The notes beneath the pieces are model-generated. The model saw only the letters and a list, made by a program, of their open reading frames with translations. It made no database searches and was not told the origin of the DNA. The position numbers were made by a program, and so were the translations under genes. Below, piece after piece: positions 10,402-22,834 of a stretch of 64,000 nucleotides of DNA. Numbering within the stretch: position 1 is the first letter of the stretch; every line of letters begins with the position of its first letter. This DNA is from Rhynchopus sp. YZ270_cl-10 (taxonomy: Eukaryota): NCBI GenBank assembly GCA_964035575.1, contig OZ037844.1:868001-932000 (forward strand), read 5' to 3'.

Positions 10402-11040
10402 TCACCCCAGATGGAGTGTCTGCCGTTTACCTTCATGACGACGTGGCGACTCTAGCGGTGTGAGTGACGCGCGTATGCTTGGGAGAGATGTCGAGGCGGT
10501 GCGGGTGTCTGTGGGTGCAATCCACGCACGGGCTTCTGTGAGGAGTGAGCGTGCTGCGTCGATGGAGCAGTGTGTCGTCCTCTCCCTCTCTCGCACTTTC
10601 ACGGAGGGACGCGAGAAGACAGCGTCGTCACCATCAGCACCTTCTCCACCCCCCCGCACGCCATCACCCACACACACCACACTCCGCGGCGCTCGCAAAC
10701 CCTCCAGAGACGTCTGCAGCTCAGTGTCCACCGCTATAAGCTGTTCGAGAACGGAGACGATTTGCTGCTGCGTTTGCTTTGTGTGTTCTGTACGTGCAGG
10801 GGGGTGGGTCGGGGTCGAAAGAGCAATGGGGAGAGAAAGAGGAAGAGGGAGAGGGGTGGACACAGCGACGCGGGGCTGGACGGCAGCATGCCATTGCCGG
10901 TACGTCTCGCCACCTCCGTCCTCAGGGAGCACGGTACGGATGATCTCAAGTCTATCGTTGGCTGCCGCGTACATTACATCCTCGAAGGCAAGCCCGCTCT
11001 GTTGTTGCAGCCGTGCGCTAAACAAAGCCAGTTCTGCCAT
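10402..11040 (-). CDS. Hypothetical protein, 212 aa (possibly the first exon of a longer gene)
   Basis: ATG-initiated GC-rich ORF without homopolymer runs, on the same strand as the other genes. No recognisable domain. Confidence 0.55.
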   Translation of the reverse strand: MAELALFSARLQQQSGLAFEDVMYAAANDRLEIIRTVLPEDGGGETYRQWHAAVQPRVAVSTPLPLPLSLPIALSTPTHPPARTEHTKQTQQQIVSVLEQLIAVDTELQTSLEGLRAPRSVVCVGDGVRGGGEGADGDDAVFSRPSVKVRERERTTHCSIDAARSLLTEARAWIAPTDTRTASTSLPSIRASLTPLESPRRHEGKRQTLHLG

Positions 11041-12814
11041 CGTTTGTCCTCTTTTTGCAACACTGTGTACCCCCCCACCTACCCTGAATAGTTTGAAAAA
11101 ATTGAACGCAGCAGGATAGACCCTTTGCTTTGCGTGGTGCTATGGGAGGGGGAGGAAAGTAGAGTTGAAATACAAAAAGCCCTCTCGTGAACAGTGTACC
11201 TTTGGTGAGAGGGTGTACCGGGAGGGGGGTGGACCCGAACCATGCGATCCTACAAAAAAAAACATTTCGCGCTTATTAGAAGTATTATTTCATATACATT
11301 CTGACGAAAAGAAGGTGTAGAGGGTGAAAAAGTATGAAAAGGGGGGGGAAGGAAGAGGCGTTTTGTTTTATCATAGCATGTTTTTTTTTTGGGGGGGGGA
11401 GGGGGCGGGTGGGGACTTGCACGGCGAAGGAAATCGTTAAGGAAATAGCGCCACAAACCCATTTTTTTTTTTTTTTTTTTTTGAAATTCAGGCAGGGTGT
11501 TTCCTAATTTGCTTCCGCTTCCGGGGATTTGGAAAAAATTGGCCAGGGAAAAAATTTGCGGGAAAAAATTAGGGACGTATTTAAAGTGCTTATGTTTTGG
11601 TATTTTCCCGAAAGAAGTATGTTCGCCGTTCTGGATCGCTCCAATCATTCAAATAAAGCAGTTTTCGGGAATTTTTATTTTCACCGATGTTGGGTACCGT
11701 GCGCCTGCGGCGCTGCCTGTTCCTACCAGTTTCTACAGGCAAACACTTGGCCCCCTTTACCTTACACTGACGGGTTTTGACCAAAACCAAGGACTTGTCC
11801 ATTTCGTCAAATTGACCCCACCACAGAACGGGCGGATTCCGGAAATGCAAATGCCGGTGTTTTCGGGCATTTTCATGTTTTCAGGATCAGGGAGAGAAAA
11901 TCTGGGTTGTGGGATTTACCTGGTCCCCTTTTCCTTACACTCATTTTGACCAACACCAAGAACTTGGCCATTTCGGCAAATTGACCCCACCACAGCGCGG
12001 ACGGATTCCGGAAATGCCATTCGCGGTGTGTTTTGGGCCTGAAAACCTACCGTTTCTTCAGGGAAAAAATTTGCTTCCGGATGTCGAAATTTTCCGGAAA
12101 AGTTCCGAAATTAGGAAACACCCTGAATTCAGGTCAAAACCCCCCCTAAAATAGTCGTATTTGGTAGTCTGGCCGACTGTGCCAGTCTGCCAGACTCAAG
12201 ACACCCAATTTTTTGACGCTTTCTTGACTTTTTCCTGACTTCTGAAAGTCCAGAAAATTCAGGATTTTCCAAAGTCTGGCAAAGTCGGCCAGAATATGTA
12301 TTTGGCCCCAAAACCGCCTCCCGAGCACGATAATATCTCATTAAAGCCACAGACCCAAACAGAGGCTTTGTTCCCAAAAAAAAAAGGTACCTGGGAGGGG
12401 GGAAAGGGTGGTGACCTAGAAACGTCATTCTGGGGTGTTTTGAGGGGGTTCGCAGGGGGTATTTTTTGACCTGAAAACCTGGAAAAGTGGGGGAAAAAAA
12501 ACTTTTGTGGCAAAAAAAAAAAAAAAAACGGGGCTATGCAAGGTCCTAGGCATACATGTCATGCGAAGAGATTATTCGCATTCTTCGCATTTAAAATTTT
12601 TTCCAAAAAATCTTCAAAAAAAATCTTCGTATTTTCCATTGCCGCACTAGATCGTGAATTTGAGGCATGATGTGTGATTTTTCTTCTTCTTTTTTTTGCT
12701 AAAAACATCGCAAATATGAATTTTTGGATCGATATGAAAAAAAAAGCAATGCGGGATCGGACAATTTTCTTTCTTGTGCAGTAAGCTATCCCACCACAGT
12801 GCGCACAAAACTCA

Positions 12815-13020
12815 TTTTTTTTTTTGAATATACGAGAATCGTCATATAAAAATAAAACTCTGTTTTTAGATAGTGCTTGCCGAATTACTCCCCAGATTCA
12901 TTCACTCAGGGACACTAATTCGAGCGATCAACGAAAAAACTTTCTCTCTTTTTTTCCTTGTTTTCGTTTCTTTTTACTGAATATCTATCTAAAAAAGGAA
13001 GAGTTTTATTTTTTTTTTGT
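12815..13020. repeat. ~200-bp near-identical inverted duplicate of 16600-16805, itself MITE-like
   Basis: Reverse complement of 16600-16805. Internal IR AAAATAAAACTCT..TTTTAGATAG / CTATCTAAAA..AGAGTTTTATTTT. Confidence 0.85.
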
Positions 13021-14652
13021 GTGAGCAAAAATTGCTGGGAAAAAGCTCTTCGCATCTTCTTCGCATGCCATGTATGTCTGGGGGGGGAGAAATGGGGTTT
13101 GCAAAATGGGAGGAAATTCGAGGGGAAAATATCAACAGATCGTGTTACATTTTGTCTGGTTTTTTTTGAAAAGTTTATAAGATGATCCGAAGCCTCTCGT
13201 GCATAGTCACCTTGATCATAAAAAAGGGGGGGTTGAAAGTGCAAAGGATGGTACATCAGGTCATCACGCATGACATGGTGCACCGTGGGTGGACCCCCCC
13301 ATGCAGTCCTACATTTGTTTAGTGGTGTATCACTTTGAAAGAGAATTTTTTCCATATACTAACTATTCTACTGAATAGAAGGTATAATAGGGTGCACTAA
13401 ATAAAAGAGAAATTGAAAGTTGGTACACGCTATGCAGCAGAGATTCAACTGAAATTCGACCAAGTGTGTCAGGTTTACACAACAGACCTGTCAAGAAAGT
13501 GAATTTTATAACGTGCGGAACACTTCAAGACTGATGCACTGTACCACAAAAAGAGAAGTTGAAAGTGGCAAAACACCCGCACCATACATCGGAAGCAGGC
13601 ACTGCTAAAAATGCTAACGGAAGAAGAAAACTAAAAAAAAAAAAACCACAATATGGGGGTGTGGAGGGAGGGGAGGTTCTGAAAAAGAGGGCGGGAAAAG
13701 AAAGAAACAGTTTTTTTTTTTTTTTTTTTTTTTTTGAAAAATGTTGGGATGGGAGTGGGATAGGGTGGGTGGTTACACCCCCCCATTTTTTTTTCTTCTC
13801 CTGTTTTTTTGTGTTTTTTTTTTGTTGTTTTCGCTTCTGTCCGCAGTGATTGGACAGAAGCACCAAGAGAGAGGTGTCACTTTTTTTGATAAATTTGTTA
13901 GAAAACGGACGCTGACCACTTGAAATTTAAAAAAAAAAAATTTTTTTTTGAGGTTTGTCATTACTGTAATACGCTGAAAAGGACCATTGATGTACGTGGG
14001 GGTACATTCACAGCATCTCCTCAGCTGACTCACCTGTCGGGGTGGTCCCAATCTGAAATCGCATCGAGCTGGGGAGAGATCGAAGAAAAAAATTTGAAGA
14101 TGAATGAGCCTCGTTGTCCACACTTTTTTTAACGAAAAAAAGTTAGTTGTACAAAACGCTCAACCTTGTTTTTTGGTTTTTCGACAGGTCAAACACCAAA
14201 AGGAAAAAGTAAAAATATCCTCAAAAAATAACTCATTTTGATTTCCATCTCAGACTGAATCGCAAATATCTAGAAGGAAGCGCTCGCGCTGGAAGAAAGA
14301 AAAGAACGATTTTTTTTTTATATTTTTTTTATTTTTGGAAGATGGACCAGCTTAGCAATGCGTACGTCTGCCTTAGATCCTTGAAAGAACTGTTAAACGC
14401 TGTTGACATGACCCACACCCACCACCTTACAGACGAGCTGAGTAGTGAGAATTGGCGCCACAAACTTTGCAGAAGAATTGTAAAAAGAAATGATTGGTTC
14501 TGTGAGGTTTTTTTTTTGCTCGGGGAAAAAAGGAAAGGCATAAAGCCGGAAACAAATGTCGGAGCCGGGAGGGAACTAAATGCACTGCATACATAAGTCT
14601 CGCATGGGTGACCTGAAGTCACTTCAGTCCTGGAGGGGGGCATTTTTTTTTT

Positions 14653-14715
14653 GATAAATTCTTGGAGTAGTGTAGTTGCCTCGGTTGTGTTGCCACAGTA
14701 TGTGCAATCTCCACT
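14653..14715 (+). repeat. Micro-element family D (~64 bp): GATAAATTCTTGGAGTAGTGTAGTTGCCTCGGGTTGTGTTGCCACAG..GTGCAATCTCCACT
   Basis: Copies at 14653, about 18445, 19568, 21595 and 22434; degenerate copies at about 20380, 21520, 22520, 31150, 31971 and 43587. All on +. Confidence 0.85.
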
Positions 14716-14933
14716 ATAATTTTTGTAGTTTCGACAATCACCCTGTCCGAGGATGGGTTCTGCACACGTGTCACGCTGACATGAGGCATCGTGCACCCCC
14801 ACCCCCGAACCAAAGTTTTCCTGCCTGTCCCCACTAGCCTGAGGCCTGGGGGGGAGAAGAAGGGGGAGCTAAAACAGAAACATAAAAAGCAAGATGAAAT
14901 CTTAATAGAAGGATTGGAGTTGTCCACCTACGA

Positions 14934-15060
14934 TAATGTTGGCAGTATTGTGATGGGGAGCCCATTGGAATACGCAAAATACATCAAAATACATCACAAT
15001 GCGTATTGTGATGTATTTTGCGTATTCCAATGGGCTTCCATCACAATACTGCCAACATTA
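14934..15060. mobile_element. Palindromic MITE (~125 bp), TA-flanked
   Basis: TA-ATGTTGGCAGTATTGTGATGG...CCATCACAATACTGCCAACAT-TA. Further copies at 25000-25120 and 35190-35319. Confidence 0.85.
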
Positions 15061-16599
15061 ACCGCCTCTTTTAAAAAGCAAGAAAAAGAGTTTCAGCCTG
15101 AAGAATATTTTGGTACTAAATAAAGTATGAAACACGGCAATAAAATCGGGGGGTGAACAAAAAAAAAAAAAAAAAAAACGGAATTTTGTGCGTTTTTTTT
15201 TCCAGCCTGCGGAGGGGGGTGAAAAGGGGTTCAAAGCTAAGAAAGCATTGCCAATTGACATGACTACATCTTTTTTGTTGTCACAGCATTCAGCTGTCAT
15301 TCTGTGTAAAATAAAAATAAAAAATAAAAGAAAGAAGAAGAAAATATAATACTTTTGTATGATGAAGCTAAGCTCGTCGTGCTTGGTCACCTTGTAAAAG
15401 TGAAGGCGTGAGATACGCAATATACCCCACGCCTATGAGTGGATGAGCTGGAACACGACCCTAATAGTACCGGGATATCATGATGATTTTACCCCTAAAA
15501 AAGGCACCGAAGGTGCTACTAAATAACGGGGGGTCAGGAACACCATCATATTGTTTTTCCCCCCCACATATTATATACCAAATTTGTCAAATAAATATGC
15601 ACACAACCTGAACAAAAGTGTTTTTTTTTTTTTCTTTTCCTTTTTTTGAAAATTTGGTTGTGTTAGTGTAAACGCCTGATAATGCGGTTTACTACACACA
15701 AAAACAAACGCTTTTGCGTAACTGCTGATGAACACAGGTTAAAGAAGGATGCCAAATGGGCAGCAGTGCAATTGCCATCCAAAATGTGCAGTTAATCTCA
15801 TAGACAAATTATAATAAAAATATAATATAAAAAATAAAAACAATTCGGACAGATTCCCCTACTGCGAAAGTGCGCAGAGAATGAGAAATAACATTCTTGT
15901 GCGTAAAGTGTGTAATAAATATTCTGTGTTTGATATTTTTATTACTGCAATACGCTCCCACTGACGACCTGGCCGTGAAGAGGGGCCAAAAAAAAAAAAA
16001 TATGCGCACCTGGTCTGTTGTAGTTGTGAACTCCACGAAATTTTGAAGGGGGAAAAAGAAAGAACAAATTCATACACTTTCAAATAAAAATTTGAAAGCA
16101 TTAGGGAAGTGTATAAAAAACAACAACAACCCATCTTTTTTTAAATTCATTGTTGCAAAAAAAAAGAACAAAGATTCGCAAGGAAAAAATTTCGCGGTGT
16201 GACAACGTTGATATGACCTTCCTGCAAAAGTGTGTTTCTCCGGAGGGGAAAAAATGATGAATGGTGTCCCCTTGCAACACGTCAGCACACATTGGTAAAA
16301 GCTATACGATAATATAAAGAAAACGTTATTTCATATACTTTCTTTTCTAAACAAAAAGAAGGCAAAGAGGGTGCGTAAAATTTGTATGCGAGGCTCGGGA
16401 GGCTGGATGAGCTTTTGTGCAATAAAATCAGGAAGATGAAGGAGAACAAGAAGTGAACATTTTGAACGCTGCAGCTGCCTCACACACATACACACACATA
16501 CACCTTTGGGGCCATATTCTGAGCAAGAATTACCCCTATTAGTTATCGCTCATCTCAATGAACAACAAAAAATCGTTGACAACCACTTAAGAGAGAGAA

Positions 16600-16805
16600 A
16601 AGAAAAAATAAAACTCTTCCTTTTTTTTAGATAGATATTCAGTAAAAAGAAACGAAAACAAGGAAAAAAAGAGAAAAAGTTTTTTTCGTTGATCGCTCGA
16701 ATTAGTGTCCCTGAGTGAATGAATCTGGGGAGTAATTCGGCAAGCACTATCTAAAAACAGAGTTTTATTTTTATATGACGATTCTCGTATATTCAAAAAA
16801 AAAAA
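16600..16805. repeat. Inverted duplicate of 12815-13020
   Basis: Direct sequence comparison. Confidence 0.85.
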
Positions 16806-16972
16806 TTGTGAAGATGAGCCCCCAGCCTCTCCTGCTTTGTCCAAGAGGCGGGGTTTTATTTTGATAAAATAGAAATTAAACTCTAGAATTTCAGGCACGA
16901 TAGCGGTGTCACCAAAAACGCTGGGGGAAAAAAAAACAAGTAATTGCTACCGGAAAAAAAACGGGGTGTGAT

Positions 16973-17301
16973 GTGGAACTCCATCCTGTAGAAATAATCT
17001 ACAACACGCCCAGCATTCTGCTCTTCTGCAGCAGGTATGCTAACGCTCTTCGTGCGCTGCCAGACCCACTGGGACGCCAGCATCTGAAACGTTCAAGAAG
17101 GGGCTGTCCTCTTCGTCCAGCACCATCTGCTCGATAGCGTTGTTGGACGTCAGCTCGGCAGGCTCCGCGTGTTCCAGCTCGTTTTTGTCGATCCCACATT
17201 GTCGTCGTCGTTGGAGCAGTGCGGAAGGAACACAGAATGCACAGACTACAACACATCGATCACACCAGGCGCATCAGCACCTCCAGCAAATCGCCAGGAT
17301 G
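16973..17301 (-). pseudogene. Frameshifted Helitron Rep (HUH replication initiator)-like fragment
   Basis: Across frames it reads ..DLLEVLMRL..QMLASQWVWQR../ALAYLLQKSRMLG/GRVVDYFYRMEF. This resembles the Helitron Rep segment G-x-V-x-D-Y-F-Y-R-V-E-F-Q-x-R-G. Truncated before the HUH histidines. Confidence 0.6.
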
Positions 17302-17388
17302 CTACGGTGGTTTCGAAAATCGTGCGGAGTTTTCCACAGCACACCCCGCTTTTTTCTTAGCAATTACTTGTTCTTGTTGTTATTGTTG

Positions 17389-17711
17389 TTTTCAACCACC
17401 TTCCTTCAACCCTTGTAGGATCAGTTGTAATTTTTTTCGCGAAAACATGAAATTACACATTTCAAGAGAACATCCTCCGCCCGTGCAGTGGTGGGGTCAA
17501 TCTCGAAAATTGGACAATTTTTTGACCACTTAAATTTTGGGAAATATGAGCCCGGTTGCTTATACGTGGGCCCATTTTCGGCTAAAATTTTCCTCAAAAT
17601 CTGGTTTTGTAAAATTGACCCTTTACTCCCCCCCCACATCGATTTCAATACTATACCTTACTTCACCTACGGTTACCCTTACAGGGGGGGTGAAGGAAGG
17701 TAAGTTGAAAA
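17389..17711. mobile_element. MITE, about 320 bp
   Basis: TTTTCAACCACCTTCCTTCAACCCTTGTAGG at the left end vs CCTTACAGGGGGGGTGAAGGAAGGTAAGTTGAAAA at the right end (imperfect ~30-bp TIR). Confidence 0.6.
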
Positions 17712-20022
17712 GAAAGGTCCCATGGGTTGCAAAGGTCCAAATTTGTTTGATTATAGACTACTATCACTAGATAATAGCCACGGTTTTTCTTCACAGGATC
17801 CTTTAAAGAGTTACGTTAACGCTACACTCCGGATAGAGATAACTCCACTCCTGACATCAAACACAACACAGCCACCGTTTTTTGTTTTTTTTTGAGGAGG
17901 GGAAATCATGGTGATTTATTTTTGAAAAAAAAAGACATATCAGTATTTTTGGAGAAGTGGTTTTGGGGAAGTGGGAAAAAGGGGACTCTCCGTCCACATG
18001 AAGATTTCACGTAGCACGGTGACAGGGTTTGCATTGTACTTTTTGGGGAATAAAACTAAAAGAAAAAATAAGAACACTTTGTCAAGATGGCATGTACCTC
18101 TTGTACATATCATCTTTAATTAGAAAGAAGAAAAAAAGGGGGTTCTACCGGGTAGTCAGCGTCATGACTCTTTCGGTAGGTTACGGTGGGGGGGAAATTT
18201 CTTTTTTTTTTTTGAAAAATTGAAAAAATTGATGACGTGTACTTACACCTCGCTTTTTTTCTCGTGTGAACCTAAGGAACTCCACGCAGCCGTCCCTCGC
18301 CTATCTCTCGTTTCGTGGATACCCGCTACTACGTCCTACTCCCGCCTCCACTCGTCAGGGTAACGAAGGGGGATCATTGGATGCCCAGGGTAATTAGGCC
18401 CGGGAGAGATAGTTTGGGCAGGTTTTTTTTTTTTTTTTTTTTTCGAAAAAAAGTTGGAGTAGTGTAGTTGCCTCGGGTTGTGTTGCCACAGTTGCTTTAA
18501 AAAAAAAGAACGAACCCTGAGATGAACCAGGTCTCACGGACCTAGCAATCTTGAAAATAGGTTGGGGGTCGGGGAAGGAAGGTGCATTGGTATTGGGTTA
18601 GCGGGGGGCAATAAGATCTTTTACTGGTTTCTTGTGTTCAAGTTGTGGCAAACACAAAAAAACAAAAAAAACAAAAGAAATTTTGCCAAGATGACTGTGC
18701 CTTTCGTGCACACATCAGAAAGAAGTGGGGAAGAGGGTAATGGTCGAGGATATGAGGATGAGGATGAGGGCAAGTAATGATGGGTTTGGATGAAGTTTGT
18801 TTTGTTTGTTTGTCAGTATTGCTCTTTGTGCTCTTAATGATGGGGGTGTTCACCACGGAAGGAGGAGGGGGGTTTGAACAGGGTTTTCTTTTGAAGTGTT
18901 TGTTACTTTTGTTGCGTGCTCATATTGTTTTTTGTTTTTCGTTTTTTGGGGTTGAGCAAAATAATTATAAAAGAGATAACCCTCTTTTGTATAAAAGTAT
19001 TTCATCATATGCAATCAATAAATTGATAGTATATGAAATAAAAGTAAAAATAAAGTGAAGTTGATATGTGCATAACGCCTCTGGGACGCAGGCACTTGAC
19101 ACTCCGCAATAATAAAAATAAAATAAAATAAAAAAACAGGCGAGGTAAAGATGGCCTGTTTTATTGAAAGCCTTATGGGATTTGATGGATTTTTCCGCAT
19201 CAGCACCCACAAGAGGAAATAGAAACTTAACACTCATCACACGAATAAAAACCTACGGGAGGAGGTTGTGTTGAAAACGCACACACTTCAACCTGTTTAG
19301 TGAGGAGTGGCTCTGCACCGCGGTTCGTCCCCCAGAACCGCAAAAGTGTGTTCAAAATGCTTTGTTTCTATTTCCTCCTTCATTTCATGAGGCGACAAAA
19401 AAAACAAAAACCTACAATATTCTGATTCAGCAAAACTCCATCATACAATGCACAAGCGAACAAAACCCCCCTCTCCCCCTCTGGTGCATTGCATATCGTC
19501 CCCCTTCCTCTCCCTTTTCCTATCGGTTGGCTACCCACAGCTCTCTGCCTCATTTTTTTATATTTTTGATAAATTCTTGGAGTAGTGTAGTTGCCTCGGG
19601 TTGTGTTGCCACAGTTTGTGCAATCTCTACTGTCATTTTTTTTTATAAAAAAGCAAAGACGATATCCTGTGTGTCATTGGGATATAGTGGCATAGGGTGC
19701 GCAAAAAGAGAGAGAGAGAGAGAGAAACGGTTCTGCATGCACGCAATGGGTATGTTCCTGATGCTAGTGATAACCCACATCTTACAAATGAAAATGCAGG
19801 CATTGCTCTCGGTGTGCATCTCTAGGCATATATTAGGGGGGTAGCTGCACTGTGCATTTCTGAACGTATTTTATCATCAGAATCAAACCAGAAAACTGCT
19901 GTATTTTGTGTATTCAGATGTGTAACAACAACAGTGTCCTGAAGATTAAAAAAAAACAAAAAAAAAAAAAAAAAAAATTGAACCATGAATGTATTCACTG
20001 TACATGCACATCCTAAAAAGAG

Positions 20023-20063
20023 AAGTTGAAAGTGCAAATGCCTCACATCGGACGTAGGCACTG
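20023..20063 (+). repeat. Micro-element family F (~40 bp): AAGTTGAAAGTGCAAACGCCTC..GGACGYAGGCACTG
   Basis: Copies at about 13556, 19058, 20023, 23983, 24750, 31805, 40747, 41072, 41250, 41732 and 63190. All on +. Confidence 0.75.
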
Positions 20064-21234
20064 TCCTTTTCAAAAGGGTGGGGAAGGGCCGGGGGAGGGG
20101 GTGAGGGGAACGAGGCGATTAAGGTTAAAAGGTGATTGGTAATATTTCTGAATAAAAAAGAGAGAAAAGACACATAACAGAAGCGGGCAGTGGTATGCCG
20201 TCGGCGAAAAGGGGGGGGGGGGGGGGACTGAACTCAACGAACAAAAAAATTTTTTTTTGAAAGATGAATGGGCCTCACGGGACATATCCGCATCTTTAAA
20301 AGTGGTGTTGGTGTTTTATTTATAATTTGCTTTTTTTGATTTTTTGACTTTTTTTTGCTGTTGTTATAATCAATCTGTGAAAGTAGTGTAGCTGCCAAAT
20401 AAGACAGTTTCTTCACTATCCAGAACACACTCTCCCACAATTCGGAGAAGCCCTTTTTTTTTGAAAAAAAGGTAGAGTAGTATACCCGGTACGTTGCTGA
20501 CAAGGCTCTCGGGGGGGGTGATTTTGCCCAAAAATCCCCAAAAAAAAAAAATAACGGATTTTGGGGGGGGGTGATTTTTTTGGAAAATCACCCCCCAAAA
20601 AAAAAAAAAAAAGTTTGGAAATCCGGATTTTTTTTTGGGGGGGTCTTTCTACTAGAGCTACGTTGTTCACACAGCAGTGAACAAAGTGACCGTCACAGCC
20701 AGAACGCGACTCAATTGGTCAAGCGCCGAAGGAAAAAGGAAGCATGCAGCATGGCGAAAGAAAAAAGTAGCGTACCGTGCGCCTGCGGCGCAAGCTTACA
20801 ACCATCCTTCCCTTTGACATAGTTTGGCTGTAATAATGTGCAATTTTAAGCGCATTTTTTTTGAAATGTTGCGTACCGTGGCTTCGCCAGAAACTTTCGT
20901 TTAGCAAAATATGGAAGTAAAATTCATGCAAACTGACGATAATTACCAACGACAGTGCCATTTTATGTCAACATTTTATAGAAATGTTGCGTACCGTGGC
21001 TTCGCCCGGAACCTTTCGGGTGCCATGACCACTGTTTCTTTCCCACGTCCCTCCCTTTGCACATAGTGTGGGGAAATTTTTTTGACCCCAAATCACCCCC
21101 CTTTTTGGGTTTTGGGGGTGATCTCCGAGAGCCCTGGTTGCTGAACAAAAAAAAAGGGGGTGTACTTGAGAACATGGAACATGTGCTTTTAGGTGACCTG
21201 GAAAAAAAAAGAGATCCCTTTTTCACGGGTTGCC

Positions 21235-21330
21235 TACGATCGTAGTACGATCGTTTACGATCGTAGTACAATCGTAGTACAATCATTACGATCGTAGTAC
21301 GATCGTTACGATCGTTTTTTTGGTACGATC
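21235..21330. repeat. Degenerate tandem array of the palindrome TACGATCGTA(G)
   Basis: About 8 imperfect units read directly. Confidence 0.85.
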
Positions 21331-22153
21331 AAATTTTTGCGTACCCATTTTACAGGGGGGTATTTACCCTGGGGGTTTTCAAGAAGTACTGACTCTCAAT
21401 ATAATTTTTTTGGGGGGAAGTTAAAAAGGGGTAAACATGTTGTAGACTAGACTGAGGGTTGAGACAAGGATTGTTGCGTATTTCCTAATTTCCATCTTGT
21501 TTTTACCTTTTTTTTTTTGGAAAACTTGTTGGAGTAAACCTTTTGTGTGCAATCTCCATGTTCCCCCCTTTTTTTCCCTCTCTTCCTTTTTTGTGATAAA
21601 TTGTTGGAGTAGTGTAGTTGCCTCGGGTTGTGTTGCCACAGTTTTGTGCAATCTCCACTTTCCTTTGAAAACTTAGAATGTACATCACTAAGATCTGCGT
21701 CGTGATTCTCTTACGACCTCCCTTTTGTATTGACTGATCAATGGCACCCAAAAGGAGGTAAGGCTTGCAGAGTTGCAGACGGCGCATATAACCTCTTGTT
21801 GTTGTTGTTGCTTTTTTTTTTTTTTTTTGTGTTTTTATTGTTGTGTTGTCGCCAATCGACGAAGGGCCAGGGAGAGCTTTTTGTACTCCAAAAAACCCCC
21901 TATTTTTTCAACCATATTTATTTCTGGAGTTTTCCGAATATTAGTTGGTATTACGCTATATGTGTGGGGATGGGAAGGGGGCTGGAGAAGTGTCTCGAGA
22001 CACATCAACAGCTATTATCAAGACTTTGAGCAGACACACAGTAGGGGGCAACCTTCTGCATAGGAACGTTTACCCACACCAGAAAACAATAACAAATATC
22101 AGGCACGAATAGAAAAAAAGAAAAAAAAAAAGAAGATAAAAAGAAAAGTTTAT

Positions 22154-22188
22154 AAGATGATCCTAAGCCTCTCGTGCTTAGTCACCTT
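22154..22188 (+). repeat. Micro-hairpin family B (35 bp): AAGATGAyCCTAAGC-CTCTCGT-GCTTAGTCACCTT
   Basis: Copies at 2960, 13179, 15359, 22154, 23929, 24665, 25307, 26352, 26852, 31041, 32154, 34033, 34595, 37269, 37643, 39944 and 40594, plus weaker ones. All in the same orientation. Confidence 0.9.
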
Positions 22189-22553
22189 AAATAAAAAAAG
22201 AGGGGGTGAAAACGTTTTCTGGTACTGAAAATCACATTCACACACCTTATTCCCCTCCTCTATTCGGTAGTAGAGAGCGCAGTTCACAGTCCGGTATGAC
22301 ATGAATCTGCGTGATTCAGGGGGTTTTCCACATATACCAAGAAAGGGGGACATCCTGTCAGAAGGGCCTCGAAGAATGCTTGTATGGGATGTGTGTTGTT
22401 TGTTTTGTCTGTCTGTTTGTTTTATTTTATTTTGATAAATTGTTGTAGTGTAGTTGCCTCGGGTTTGTGTTGCCACAGTGCAAAATATTCCATATTCTTT
22501 ATTTTGTTCACGGATTGCTATAAAATTGTTGGAGTAGTGCAGCAGTTGCCATG

Positions 22554-22834
22554 AGACGCAATCCTGCTTACCTCAGGGCTTCATTCGGCAGGTGAGTTGT
22601 TACACACTCATTATCGGGTGCCGACTTCCATGGCCACCGTCCTGCTGTCTAGATGAACCTACACCCTTTGTGGGATCTGATGAGCGACCACTCGGGCACC
22701 TTAAGTCAGCTCTCGGTTCATCCCGCGTCGCCAGTCCTGCTTACCAGAAGTGGCCCACTTAGAACCAGGATTCTACGTCAGGGTACAAATAAGATACCCC
22801 GAGCTCACGCCCATTTAAAGTTTGAGAATAGGTT
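22554..22834 (-). rRNA. Isolated LSU (28S-type) rRNA fragment, non-functional
   Basis: The reverse complement contains conserved eukaryotic LSU blocks AACCTATTCTCAAACTTTAAATGGG, GTGGGCCA..TGGTAAGCAG.ACTGGCGA.GCGGGATGAACCG and GACAGCAGGACGGTGGCCATGGAAGTCGG..GAGTGTGTAACAACTCACCTGCCGAATGAA. No flanking rDNA. Confidence 0.92.

Noticed and set aside
10460..11119. 219-aa plus-strand ORF
   Set aside because: Antisense to the ATG-initiated 212-aa ORF and opposite to all other genes.
14342..14505. Coding-like patch MDQLSNAYVCLRSLKELL...
   Set aside because: Short, no recognisable motif, and runs into a T-tract.
22154..22188. Micro-elements as spliced-leader, snRNA, tRNA or hammerhead sequences
   Set aside because: No match to the euglenozoan or dinoflagellate leaders I know, no cloverleaf, and no correctly arranged CUGANGA/GAAA core.
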